Source of the DNA: Candidatus Sericytochromatia bacterium
GTDB lineage: Bacteria > Cyanobacteriota > Sericytochromatia > S15B-MN24 > JAQBPE01
NCBI GenBank assembly: GCA_035285125.1
Contig: JAYKHR010000045.1
Location: forward strand, 160,001-224,000
Reading direction: 5' to 3'
Length of the DNA stretch: 64,000 nt
The notes beneath the pieces were generated by a model. The model worked only from the letters and a program-made list of their open reading frames with translations. It did not search any database and was not told where the DNA came from. How positions within the stretch are numbered: the first letter of the stretch is position 1; each line of letters begins with the position of its first letter. The position numbers and the translations under genes were made by a program. Shown here in pieces: positions 10,428 through 19,524 of the stretch.

Positions 10428-11099
10428 CTAGATCTGGCGGCCCGCGTAGCGGGGCTCAGCCTCGGACCGAGGTTCCGTGGCCTCGGTGATGAGGTGGAAG
10501 GCCCGGTCGTGCGGATCGTATGCGAAGACCTGCCCGGTCTCGATCTCGTACACCCAGCCGTGCAGGTGCAGGTCGCCCCGCGCCAGGCGGGCGGCCACAG
10601 CCGGCAGCGTCCGCAGGTTCTCGAGCTGCACGAGCACGTTCTCCTTGATGCAGGCCGTCAGGCGCGCCTCGGGGTCCGTCACGTCGGCGTAATTCTCGGT
10701 CAGGATGCGCCGCGTGGCAGCCGCGTGCCCCAGCCACTCGTGGACGGCCGGCAGGCTCTCGGTGGTGCGCGGGTCGAGCAGGCCCTTCATCGCGCCGCAC
10801 TGGGAGTGGCCGCACACGATGATGTCCTTCACGCCGAGCACCGCCACGGCGTACTCGACGGTGGCGCCCTCGCCGCCCCGGGCAGCGCCGTGGGGCGGCA
10901 CGATGTTCCCCGCGTTCCGCAAGATGAAGAGCTCGCCTGGCTCAGTCTGGGTCAGCAAGTTGGGGACGATGCGCGAGTCGGCGCAGGTGATGAACAGCGT
11001 CTCGGGCGCCTGGTGCCGCGCGAGTTGCGCGAAGAGCTCCCGCTGGTCGCGGAAGTAATCCGTCTGGAAGGCGTGGATGCCGCGGATGAGCTTTTCCAT
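10428..11099 (-). CDS. can: Beta-class carbonic anhydrase
   Basis: Zn ligands and catalytic dyad present (CADSR, RNAGN, CGHSQCGA). AGGAGG RBS upstream. Confidence 0.96.
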   Translation of the reverse strand: MEKLIRGIHAFQTDYFRDQRELFAQLARHQAPETLFITCADSRIVPNLLTQTEPGELFILRNAGNIVPPHGAARGGEGATVEYAVAVLGVKDIIVCGHSQCGAMKGLLDPRTTESLPAVHEWLGHAAATRRILTENYADVTDPEARLTACIKENVLVQLENLRTLPAVAARLARGDLHLHGWVYEIETGQVFAYDPHDRAFHLITEATEPRSEAEPRYAGRQI

Positions 11100-11163
11100 A
11101 GGTCGATGGTCCTCCTTAGGCGCGCCGTGACGGGCGCCGGGCCGGGTGGTCGGGCTGGGGACG

Positions 11164-11481
11164 TCAGGCCCGGCAAGGCGGCGCGCGGGCCCCGGGGGTG
11201 CGCCACGCCAGGGGGACCCAGCCCGGTCGGAGGGGCGTGTGGGTCAGGGCCAGCCAGGTCGGGCGCACGGGCCTCAGCGGGTCCGCCGCGCGCTTGCGCG
11301 CCACGACTCGGAGCGCCAGCGTGTCGCGCAGCACCGGGGCTGCCTCTTCTTCGGCCAACAGCGTGACGGCTGCGGGGTGCGGCCGCTGGCCCGCGGCCGG
11401 CGACAGGTTGGTCGCCCCCACGAGCACCAGCATCAAGGAGGCGAGCAGGAGGGCCCGCAGCCAGCGTGCGCGCTCAGCCAT
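11164..11481 (-). CDS. Small signal-peptide protein ending in RAPP (candidate ribosome arrest peptide)
   Basis: Start overlaps the arsR stop (ATGGCTGA). Hydrophobic N-terminus WLRALLLASLMLVLVGA, C-terminus TPGARAPPCRA. Confidence 0.55.
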   Translation of the reverse strand: MAERARWLRALLLASLMLVLVGATNLSPAAGQRPHPAAVTLLAEEEAAPVLRDTLALRVVARKRAADPLRPVRPTWLALTHTPLRPGWVPLAWRTPGARAPPCRA

Positions 11482-11839
11482 CTCGCACCTCGCCGCTCCA
11501 CGTCGCGCGCGCCGCGTTCATCAGCTGGCGGCGGTCCTCGACGCTCGCGAGGGGCTCTGCCAGGAAGCCCAGCCCCTCGAGCAGCCAGGCGGCGAGCTCG
11601 GGACGCCGCAGCCGGTAGAACACCCGGCGGCCTTCACGCCGCTCGCTGACGAGCCGGTGGGCGCGCAGCAGGCCCAGGTGCTGGGAGACGCCCGGCTGGG
11701 AGAGGCCCAACGTGTCCGCCAGGGCCCGGACGTCGAGCTCGCGCAGGCCGAGCTCCTCCACAATTTGCAGGCGGGCCGGGTGGGCCAGCACGCTCAGGAG
11801 CGCTCCGAGTTCCTTGGCTGCCAGGTGACGGGCGGGCAC
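11474..11839 (-). CDS. ArsR/SmtB family transcriptional regulator with no Cys
   Basis: LAHPARLQIV..LGLSQPGVSQHLGLLR..REGRRVFYRL. GTG start follows AAGGAGG. Confidence 0.92.
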   Translation of the reverse strand: MPARHLAAKELGALLSVLAHPARLQIVEELGLRELDVRALADTLGLSQPGVSQHLGLLRAHRLVSERREGRRVFYRLRRPELAAWLLEGLGFLAEPLASVEDRRQLMNAARATWSGEVRDG

Positions 11840-11856
11840 AGGGCCTCCTTGGTTCG

Positions 11857-11894
11857 AATGTTCAAACATTCAAACCTTTGAATATTTGAACATT
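11857..11894. promoter_or_regulatory. 18-2-18 inverted repeat, candidate ArsR operator
   Basis: AATGTTCAAACATTCAAA-CC-TTTGAATATTTGAACATT, one mismatch, just upstream of the arsR RBS. Confidence 0.75.
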
Positions 11895-12041
11895 AGCACC
11901 TGGTGGGGGTCATGACAAGGCCTTCCGGCGTGCGTGGGGCTCGGGCGCCGACGCCGTGATCTGGGCCGTGAGCTTGCCCCCCTCGGAGGGTAAAACTCAA
12001 GCAAAGACGACCTTTTTCTATCATAACGTGGAGGCCCCCCG

Positions 12042-13649
12042 ATGCGCTCGCTTGCGCTCAAGATTGCCCTGACCTTGCCCCTGCTGCTGGCCGGCACGGC
12101 TGCACCCGCGGCGGCCTATTACCCTGACGAGCACGTCTGGGACCGCGAGTATCAGTCCGGCGCGGAGTGGGGCTACCCGCGAACCCGGCGCCCCGTGCCC
12201 TGGCTGCCCGCGGCGGGCTCGGGCTGGGGCTGGCAGGGCTGGCAGCAGGGCCACGCCCCGCGCGCGCAGCAGGCCTACACGGGCTTCACGCCGGCCTCGG
12301 GCTACATCCCCATGTCTCAGGACTGGGCCTACCGCATCCAGGGTGACCAGCCCTGGGACCAGTCGGCCTGGAACGTGGCCTGGTGGAACCCCGCGGCTCC
12401 GATGATGACGAACGCGCGCTACCGGTCCTCCGTCTACGACAGCGCCACCAACCCCTACTCGAACCAGATGCTCAACCGTGACCTGGCCCACGCTGCGGCC
12501 CTGGGCGACGTGGAGCGTGTCCGGACGCTGGTCTCCCACGGCGGTGACCTGAATGCCCGGGACTGGGAGGGCTACACGCCCCTCACGTGGGCCGCCCAGC
12601 ACGGGCGTCGCGCCGTCGTCGAGTACCTCGTGACGCGTTACGCCCAGCCCAACGTCGTCGATCGCTGGGGCTACACGCCCCTGATGTGGGCCCTCCAGCA
12701 GGGCCACACCGACGTCGCGGCGGTGCTGCTCCAGCACGGCGCCAACCCGCGGGTGGCAAGCGCCTTCGGCGTGACGCCCCTCGTGCTGGCCTCCTATGCC
12801 GCCAACGGCGCCTCCCGGCCCCTGGTCGAGGAGGCCCTCGCCGGTCGCCCGATCCGCGCCACGGACTGGTTCCGGACCGCCACGGCCGCGCAGCCTGGGA
12901 TGATGTCGGCCCAGCCGCCTGTGCTCCTGCCGGGCGCCGCGGCCGCGCCCCAGCCCGCGCCTGGGTTGACGGTGCCGGGGGCGGCGCAGGGCGTGGTGAC
13001 GCCCAGCATGACCCTCAACGCCCCCACCCTGCCTGCCTATGCCCAGGGGGCCCTGCCCTCCACCGTCACCGTGACTGCCCCGAGCGCCGCACAGCTGCTC
13101 CAAGGACAGGTGCAGCCGGGCATCACCTACAGCGCGCAGCCGCAGCCCGGCCAGACCTACGGCGCACAGCCGCAGCCGGGCTTGCCGGCCGCTCCGATGG
13201 GGCCTGGACCCACGATGTCCGTCAGCCAGCCCTCGGTGGCCGGGGCGCTGGAGCCCGAACCACTCTCTCTCGTGTCCACCGGCGTCGGGCAATCCGCCGG
13301 CGTCCTGGAGCCTCTGCCTGGTCGCGGGAGGCTCGACGGCGCGGCTGCGATCGCGGCCAACCCGAACCTCGGCTGGCGTCGGATCGCCGACATCGCCGGG
13401 CATTTCGGCACCTCCTACCACCAGTTCGTGCTGGAGAACAACCAGCTGCCGCCAGCCGAGGCCGCGGCGGACCCCGACGTCACGATCGGCAAGTCGCTGG
13501 GCACCACCCTCTCGCGGGTGCTGCAGTCGCGCGACCTCGCGCGGGCGCGGCACGAGGTGGAGGACGTGCGGCTCACCGCACCCACGAGCAGCCGCTTCAA
13601 GGCGCACCTGGCGGTCCTCGATGAGACGCTCCGCGCCATGGGCCATTAG
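12042..13649 (+). CDS. Exported ankyrin-repeat protein with Trp/Tyr-rich N-terminus and Pro/Gln linker
   Basis: Signal peptide, ankyrin motifs GYTPLTWAAQHG, GYTPLMWALQQG and GVTPLVLAS. GGAGG RBS. Confidence 0.85.
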   Translation: MRSLALKIALTLPLLLAGTAAPAAAYYPDEHVWDREYQSGAEWGYPRTRRPVPWLPAAGSGWGWQGWQQGHAPRAQQAYTGFTPASGYIPMSQDWAYRIQGDQPWDQSAWNVAWWNPAAPMMTNARYRSSVYDSATNPYSNQMLNRDLAHAAALGDVERVRTLVSHGGDLNARDWEGYTPLTWAAQHGRRAVVEYLVTRYAQPNVVDRWGYTPLMWALQQGHTDVAAVLLQHGANPRVASAFGVTPLVLASYAANGASRPLVEEALAGRPIRATDWFRTATAAQPGMMSAQPPVLLPGAAAAPQPAPGLTVPGAAQGVVTPSMTLNAPTLPAYAQGALPSTVTVTAPSAAQLLQGQVQPGITYSAQPQPGQTYGAQPQPGLPAAPMGPGPTMSVSQPSVAGALEPEPLSLVSTGVGQSAGVLEPLPGRGRLDGAAAIAANPNLGWRRIADIAGHFGTSYHQFVLENNQLPPAEAAADPDVTIGKSLGTTLSRVLQSRDLARARHEVEDVRLTAPTSSRFKAHLAVLDETLRAMGH

Positions 13650-13667
13650 GCCGGCGCTGGCGACGCG

Positions 13668-14309
13668 GTGCTGAGCCGGGGGCGCTCCCTGGCGGCCGAG
13701 TGCGGCGTCATCTTCGCCACCTTCGCCCTCGGGGCCTTCCTGGCCCGGGCGTGGGTGGTGGAGGCGCGCTTCATCCCCTCTGGCTCGATGCGCCCCACGC
13801 TCGAGGTCGGGGACAGGCTGCTGGTCGACAAGCTCACGCCGTGCTGGCGCCTGCCTCGCCGCGGGGAGGTGGTGGTGTGTCGGCCCCCCGTGCCGCTGCC
13901 GGGCCTGGGGCCCGCCCTGGTCAAGCGCGTCGTGGGGCTGCCCGGGGAGCGGTTGCGGATCCGGGGCCAGCGCCTGTGGGTGAACGGCAGCCCCCTCGCC
14001 GAACCTTGGGGAGCCGCGCCGATCGGCTACCCCGAGCCAGACTGGGGGGCGCTCGGCATGCCGGGCGGGGTTGTGCCGCCGGATGCCCTGTTCGTGCTGG
14101 GCGACAACCGCGGTGACAGCACGGACAGCCACGTCTTCGGCCCCGTGCCCGTCACCTGCCTGATCGGTCGCGCGGTGCTGCGGGTCTGGCCCCTGGACCG
14201 CTTCGGGGCCCTCAGCCGGGGGCCGGCCGCGAGGGTGGCTGGCAGGGCACCTGGCAAGGTGCGCAGGATCCGCATCTCAGCTGGAAACCCCGGCGGCGCG
14301 CTGGTATGA
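13668..14309 (+). CDS. lepB: Signal peptidase I
   Basis: IPSGSMRPTL..GDRLLVDK, VKRVVGLPGE and GDNRGDSTDSH boxes. Confidence 0.93.
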   Translation: MLSRGRSLAAECGVIFATFALGAFLARAWVVEARFIPSGSMRPTLEVGDRLLVDKLTPCWRLPRRGEVVVCRPPVPLPGLGPALVKRVVGLPGERLRIRGQRLWVNGSPLAEPWGAAPIGYPEPDWGALGMPGGVVPPDALFVLGDNRGDSTDSHVFGPVPVTCLIGRAVLRVWPLDRFGALSRGPAARVAGRAPGKVRRIRISAGNPGGALV

Positions 14310-15262
14310 TGAGGCGCCCGGAGGCGGGTGCGACGGAGGAGCCAGGGTTGGGCCAAGCCAAGGGCCGGCTGTTCATCATCGGGGGCGAGGAGCGCAAGAC
14401 CGCGCCAGAGCCCGCCGTGCTCGCGCGCTTGGCGTTTTTCGCCGGCGGCGCCAACGGCCGCATCACCGTGCTGTCTCCCGAGTTGCCCCCGGGGCTGCGG
14501 GGGGCCCTGACGTGGCGCCGGCTGCTGCGGGGCGTGGGGGTCACGGATGTCCAGGCCCACACGCTCAAGGGGCGCGAAGCTGCCGCCTCGCCCGAACTCC
14601 TCGCCAGGCTGGCCGCATCCTCGGGCCTCGTGCTCGTCGGCCACGACCCGCTGCAACTCGTCGCCCTGCTCGCCGACACCCCCGTCGAGGCCGCCTTCCA
14701 GGAGGCCTTCGTGCGCGGCGCCTGCGTGGCCGGTGTCGGGGCTGGCGCGGCCGTGCTTGCCTCGCAAGTCGTCGGGCCCGGCTGCTGGGAGCCTCCTGCC
14801 GAGGAAGGCGATGATGACGCGGGCTCCACGCTCGACGTCCACCCCCGCGCCGGGCTGGTCTCGCTGTCCCCGGGGCTCGGGCTGTTCAAGCGCCTCATGG
14901 TCGATCACCACTTCTGCGAGAAGCAGCGCCTCGGCCGCCTGGCGACCATGGCCGCCACGGCACCCGGCCTGCTCGGCGTGGGCGTGGACGTCGGGACGGC
15001 GCTGGTCGTTTCCCCCGGCCGCGGGGTCGAGGTGGTCGGGCGAGGGGCCGTGACGGTCTTCGACGGCAGCGGGATGTCGCACTCCAGCCTGCCGACGGCA
15101 GCGCCCGGGCAGACCCTCGCGCTCTGCCACGTGCAGCTCAATTTGCTGCCGGCCGGCTTCACCTTCCGCTGGAAGCGCGGCGGAGAAGGGGCCATGGCGG
15201 ACGGCGCCGCGGTGCCGCCCCGGCTGCAAGGGATGATGGCGGCCCTCGCCGGCACCGGCTAG
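14306..15262 (+). CDS. Cyanophycinase-like (peptidase S51) protein, probably catalytically inactive
   Basis: LFIIGG, DHHF..QRLGRL and VVGRGAVTVFDG match CphB. GTSAG reads GVGAG and GIDE reads GVDV. Confidence 0.8.
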   Translation: MMRRPEAGATEEPGLGQAKGRLFIIGGEERKTAPEPAVLARLAFFAGGANGRITVLSPELPPGLRGALTWRRLLRGVGVTDVQAHTLKGREAAASPELLARLAASSGLVLVGHDPLQLVALLADTPVEAAFQEAFVRGACVAGVGAGAAVLASQVVGPGCWEPPAEEGDDDAGSTLDVHPRAGLVSLSPGLGLFKRLMVDHHFCEKQRLGRLATMAATAPGLLGVGVDVGTALVVSPGRGVEVVGRGAVTVFDGSGMSHSSLPTAAPGQTLALCHVQLNLLPAGFTFRWKRGGEGAMADGAAVPPRLQGMMAALAGTG

Positions 15263-16764
15263 GAGCTTGGCGTCAGCCCGCTGTCCGGGTTGGCGAGCAG
15301 TTCCACCACGCCGTCTTGCAGGGCGCGCAGCTTGCCGGGTGAGCCGACGAAGCCGTTGGCGACGATGGCAAGCACGAGGGTCTGGCCATCGCGGGTGTCC
15401 AGGTAGCCCGCCAGGCTCGAAACCCCGCTCATCGTCCCGGTCTTGGCGCGGAGCCTGCCCCGCACGCCCGGCGTCGCGAGGCGGCCCTTGAGCGTGCCGC
15501 TCACACCGCAGACGGGCAACCCGACCAGCAAGGCCGGGTAGGCAGCACCTTGCGTCGGCATGTGGTGGAGGAGCCGGGTCACGTGCGCGGGGCTCACGGC
15601 GTTGTACCGCGAGAGCCCGGAGCCGTCCGCAAGGCGGAAGGTGTCGGCCTTCCAGCCCGCTTGCTCCAGGAACCTGCGCAGCTCGGACACACCCTTGTCC
15701 CAGGTCCCCGGGCCCCCGCGCCCCTTGGCCCCCACATGCATCAGCAATGTCTCGGCGATCAGGTTGTCGCTCTCGCGCAGCATCTCGCCCGTGATGTCCG
15801 CCAGCGGCGGGCTCGCGTGGCTCGCGAGCGTCCGGGCAGACGCCGGGGCCGGGCCCAGGCGCGCCTGGCCCCGCCAGCGCACGCCCTGGCGCACCAGGGC
15901 TTCCTTGAACGCGATCAGGGTGAAGCGGGCGGGCTCCGTCATCGCCATGGTGCTGACCTGGCTCTCCGTGCCCAGGGGCAGGCCCCCCGTCAGGCTCAGC
16001 GTCTCGGTCCATGGGGTGCCCGTGGTCACGAACCCGATGCCCAAGGTGCCCTGCTCGCCGGGCGCCAGCGTGGTCGCCCGGTTGCGCACCTGGACGTAGC
16101 GGCTAGCGGGCGTGAGCTCGACCTTCAGCGCCTCACCGCCGCGCGTGCCTGGCGACACAGTCACCACCAGCGCGTTCCGGTTCAGCCCCAGGCCCGACAC
16201 CGTGGCCGCGTAGGCCTGCCCGACGTCGTCGATGGCCCACCCCGCGGCGCCGCGGGCCTCTGGCGCGAACACGGTGGCGTCGCCCACCATATCACCCACC
16301 ACCTCGCGCACGCCGGCGGCCACCACCTGCGCGGCCAGCCGGTCGAGGTCGGCGGGCATCAGCATCGGGTCGCCGTCGCCCTTGAGCACGAGGTCTCCGT
16401 GCAGCACACCGTTCTCGAGCAACGCCGCCGTCACCACGCGGGTCTGGAAGCGCCGGCCGATGCCCAGGCGGGACAGGGCAGCGCCTGCCGTGGCCAGCTT
16501 GTGGATGGAGGCTGGCGTGAAGAGCTTGTGGGCCTCCCGCTCGTAGTAGACCTGGCCGGTGGCGTACCGCAGCACGCTGATGCCGACGTGGGCCTCGGGC
16601 GGTGCCAGGCGCTGGATCAGCGCGTCGAGGCGGGCCGCGCCGTCGCGGCTGATGGACGCTGCGCCGAGGGCCCGGGCACCGATCGCCTGGCCGTGGGCGG
16701 GCGCGAACGGCGGCAGGGCGAGCGCAAGGGAGAGGAGGGCGATCGAGCCGAGGCGACGCAGCAT
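15259..16764 (-). CDS. dacB: D-Ala-D-Ala carboxypeptidase/endopeptidase (PBP4, peptidase S13)
   Basis: PASIHK (SxxK), ESDN (SxN), DGSGLSRYN and AKTGT. Signal peptide from ATG 16764. Confidence 0.95.
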   Translation of the reverse strand: MLRRLGSIALLSLALALPPFAPAHGQAIGARALGAASISRDGAARLDALIQRLAPPEAHVGISVLRYATGQVYYEREAHKLFTPASIHKLATAGAALSRLGIGRRFQTRVVTAALLENGVLHGDLVLKGDGDPMLMPADLDRLAAQVVAAGVREVVGDMVGDATVFAPEARGAAGWAIDDVGQAYAATVSGLGLNRNALVVTVSPGTRGGEALKVELTPASRYVQVRNRATTLAPGEQGTLGIGFVTTGTPWTETLSLTGGLPLGTESQVSTMAMTEPARFTLIAFKEALVRQGVRWRGQARLGPAPASARTLASHASPPLADITGEMLRESDNLIAETLLMHVGAKGRGGPGTWDKGVSELRRFLEQAGWKADTFRLADGSGLSRYNAVSPAHVTRLLHHMPTQGAAYPALLVGLPVCGVSGTLKGRLATPGVRGRLRAKTGTMSGVSSLAGYLDTRDGQTLVLAIVANGFVGSPGKLRALQDGVVELLANPDSGLTPSS

Positions 16765-16858
16765 GCCGGGGATCTTAGCACGTGGCGCGGGCGCGGGCGA
16801 TACCGGCGACCCCTGCCCGAGCCGCGTTGGCGGGCGGAAAGAGGGGTACGCAGGCCCC

Positions 16859-18127
16859 ATGCGCCCCACCTGGTCCGTCAACCTGAACCCCGCCCGCCTG
16901 TGTCCAGACCGAGAGCCCGAGCGCCTGCGGGCGCGGCAGGCCGAGGCGTTCGACGCGCTGGAGGAGCTCGGCGTCGGGGGCGTGCGGCTCGACGTGGACT
17001 GGGCGTGGCTGGAGCCCGCCCGGGGCCAGGCCGACGCGGCCGCCTGGGCCTGGTACGAGGGCTTCCTCGCCGAGGCGGCCAGCCGGGGCCTGGCGGTCTA
17101 TGGCCTGCTCTACCACCCACCGCCGTGGGCCCGCGGCCTGTGGGAGGCGTCGCCGGTGGCCTTCCTCGCGGGCTGGGAGGCCTGGGTGGGGCGCGTCGCC
17201 CGCGCCTGGGGCGGTGGTCTCGCCGTGGTGCAGGTGTGGAACGAGCCGAACAACTACATGGCGGCGCTGAAGGGCGATGCGATGCTCTTCGACATGCGCC
17301 GCGTCGGCCGCCTCGGCGTGCCAGTGGGCGTGCCTTGGGAGGTCCTGGTCGGCCTGTTTCGCGCTGTTCGGGCGGCCTTCCCCCCCGGGACCCCGATCGC
17401 CTGCAACCCCCTGGCAAACCTGCTGCCACCATTGCCCTCGGTGGGCTGCTGGCTCGATTGGCTGCCGTTCACGGAGCGCCTGCTGCGCGAGGCGGGCGAC
17501 GCGATCGACGTCGTCGCGCTCGATCACTACCCTGACACGTGGCACCCGGGAACGGGCCCGCTGGAGTGGTCCTGCCTGGAGGAGGCCCTCGCACGGCAGC
17601 GAACGCCGGGCAGCCCCTGGCACGGCAAGGGGCTGGCCGTGGCGGAGCTCGGCTACGCCAGCGCCCCGGCGGGGCCGCGTCTGGGCCCCTGGCGCTGGTT
17701 CCCGGCGGCGCCCCGGGGTGAGGACACCATGGCGGCCTGGTACGCGGCCGCCCTGCCCCAGGTGGCGGGGCTGCTGGCAGGGCAGGCCGGGGGGGGGCCG
17801 GCCCCATGGATCAACGTCTACGAGCTGTTCGATGCGCCCCGGCCCGTGGGGGGCGGGGGCCTGCTGGCGATCGAGGATCACTTCGGCCTGGTGCGACGGG
17901 ACGGGGGGCGCAAGGCCGCCTACGGGGTGCTCCGGGCGATCACGCGCGGTGAGCCGATCGCGCCCCCCTCGCTCGCCCGCGTGCGGGCGCCGCGCTACTG
18001 GCGGTGGGGGGGCTGGCTGCGGGGGCTGGTGGCCCCTGATCGTCCGCTGGCCCGAGACACGTGGGTGCTGGCAGCGGGGGGCTCGTCCGAGGTGCCGGGC
18101 GACGCGGAGCCTTACGCCAACTTTTAG
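16859..18127 (+). CDS. Clan GH-A glycoside hydrolase (TIM barrel), family uncertain
   Basis: VRLDVDWAWLEP, acid/base WNEP, nucleophile-like AELGY, and HFGL..DG.RK.AY. Confidence 0.8.
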   Translation: MRPTWSVNLNPARLCPDREPERLRARQAEAFDALEELGVGGVRLDVDWAWLEPARGQADAAAWAWYEGFLAEAASRGLAVYGLLYHPPPWARGLWEASPVAFLAGWEAWVGRVARAWGGGLAVVQVWNEPNNYMAALKGDAMLFDMRRVGRLGVPVGVPWEVLVGLFRAVRAAFPPGTPIACNPLANLLPPLPSVGCWLDWLPFTERLLREAGDAIDVVALDHYPDTWHPGTGPLEWSCLEEALARQRTPGSPWHGKGLAVAELGYASAPAGPRLGPWRWFPAAPRGEDTMAAWYAAALPQVAGLLAGQAGGGPAPWINVYELFDAPRPVGGGGLLAIEDHFGLVRRDGGRKAAYGVLRAITRGEPIAPPSLARVRAPRYWRWGGWLRGLVAPDRPLARDTWVLAAGGSSEVPGDAEPYANF

Positions 18128-18150
18128 GCGTTTTTAATCGAGCTTAATCC
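18123..18150 (+). promoter_or_regulatory. TTAA direct-repeat box (10-bp period)
   Basis: TTTAGGCG-tt-TTTAATCG-ag-CTTAATCC, about 70 bp upstream of the Pro-rich gene. Confidence 0.45.
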
Positions 18151-18221
18151 CACCTTGGGCACCCTTGGGCGCCGTGGGCCCGATAAGCACTCCAAGGCGT
18201 TCAGCCTTCGGAGGAAGAATC

Positions 18222-19415
18222 ATGGGCATCCACCGCGTCGGTTCCATCCAGCAGCTCCCCGGCCGGCCTCCGGTGGCGGCGCCCGTCGCCCCGCCGGCTC
18301 AGCCGGCCGCCGCGGCCTGGGGCCAGGACGGCGCGAGCTTCGGTGGGGTGCCGCCTTACGCGACGCCGCCCTTCGTGCCTCAGCAGCCCTCGCCGTGGGG
18401 CCAGACGCCGCCTTACCCGGGCGTGCCGCAGCAGCCCTCGCCGTGGGGCCAGACGCCGCCTTACCCGAGCGTGCCGCAGCAGCCGACCTCGCCGTGGGGC
18501 CAGACGCCGTCTTACCCGAGCGTGCCGCAGCAGCCCTCGCCCTGGGGCCAGACGCCGCCCGTGGCTCCGGGGCCGACGCCCGCGCAGGTGGCCGAGATCC
18601 AGGCCCTGATGGCGGAAGTCGCCCGGCTCCAGCAGCAACTCGACGCCATCCTGGCGATGCGGCCTCAGCCGGCTCCGGGCTGGGGCACGCAGCCCGCCGG
18701 GCCCACCCCGGGCTGGGGCATGCAGCCCACGACGCCTGCGTTCCCGATGAGCGTGCCCCCAGCGCCGCTGCCTCAGGCGCCTCTGCCCGTCGCGCCGCCG
18801 CTGCCGGCGCCTCCGCCCGTTGCGCCGCCGCTGCCGGCGCCTCCGCCCGTCATCCCGCCGGCCCAGACGACGCCTGCGCCCACCCCGCCCTCGCCGACCC
18901 CGCCGCCCGTCATCCCGGCTCCCTCCCAGCCGACGACCGCTCGGCCCGGGCTGTTGCAGCTCTCGGGCTTGCCTGCCGGCACGCGCCTGAGGCTGGCCCC
19001 CGGCACCTCGGTGAAGGGCTTCGACGTCTCGGGCACCGCGGCGATCCGGGAGTCCAGCCCCCAGGTGCTGGACCTCATCGCCAAGGGCTCTGCGTTGTTC
19101 GGCCTCGTGCGCCGCACCTATGGCCTGCGGGCCGAGGCGCAGCCGGATGGCAGAATGAAGATCGCCCTGAACGAGATCGGCAGTGACGGCAGGGCCAAGA
19201 AGAGCGTCTTCTCGGGCAACCTGAAGGTGCTCGATTCCAGGCCGGGCAGCCTCACGCTGCGCGATCCGGACGGCAAGGCCGGCTCCATCACCCAGGGGGC
19301 CGACGGCAGCCTGACGATCCAGCACCCCGAGGGCACGATCAAGCTGTACGTGACGGGCCGCGCCCCCCTCATCGCCGGCGTGGATGACGTCGACAACGGC
19401 CAGGCCCTGGCCTGA
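18222..19415 (+). CDS. Pro/Gln-rich repeat protein with short coiled coil and C-terminal beta-rich domain
   Basis: GGAGG RBS, coding-style codon use, VPQQPSPWGQTPPYP repeats. No Sec signal peptide. Confidence 0.75.
   Translation: MGIHRVGSIQQLPGRPPVAAPVAPPAQPAAAAWGQDGASFGGVPPYATPPFVPQQPSPWGQTPPYPGVPQQPSPWGQTPPYPSVPQQPTSPWGQTPSYPSVPQQPSPWGQTPPVAPGPTPAQVAEIQALMAEVARLQQQLDAILAMRPQPAPGWGTQPAGPTPGWGMQPTTPAFPMSVPPAPLPQAPLPVAPPLPAPPPVAPPLPAPPPVIPPAQTTPAPTPPSPTPPPVIPAPSQPTTARPGLLQLSGLPAGTRLRLAPGTSVKGFDVSGTAAIRESSPQVLDLIAKGSALFGLVRRTYGLRAEAQPDGRMKIALNEIGSDGRAKKSVFSGNLKVLDSRPGSLTLRDPDGKAGSITQGADGSLTIQHPEGTIKLYVTGRAPLIAGVDDVDNGQALA
18375..18560 (+). repeat. Coding tandem repeat, 48-51 bp unit, nearly 4 copies
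   Basis: Units start at 18375, 18423, 18471 and 18522 (gtgccgcagcagccctcgccgtggggccagacgccgccttacccg..). Confidence 0.9.
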
Positions 19416-19488
19416 TCCTCGAGCGGGCTCCCTTCGGACCAGCAGGTCGGGCGGCTGACTGACGTCGGGCGCCGCGCTCTCGCAAGGC

Positions 19489-19513
19489 CGTCCCAGGCCG
19501 ACGGCCTGGGACG
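19489..19513. terminator. Perfect 12-bp inverted repeat between convergent transcription units
   Basis: CGTCCCAGGCCG-A-CGGCCTGGGACG. No U-tract, so terminator function is uncertain. Confidence 0.4.
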
Positions 19514-19524
19514 CTGCCGCCTCA

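Noticed and set aside
18175..18190. CCCGATAA resembling a sigma-28 -10 element
   Set aside because: No TAAA -35 at the expected spacing, and the motif is not repeated at the other candidate promoters.
18375..18560. Regularly spaced repeats that could be mistaken for a CRISPR array (also 26140-26460 and 22417-22536)
   Set aside because: The units are contiguous, in frame and coding, with no unique spacers and no cas genes.
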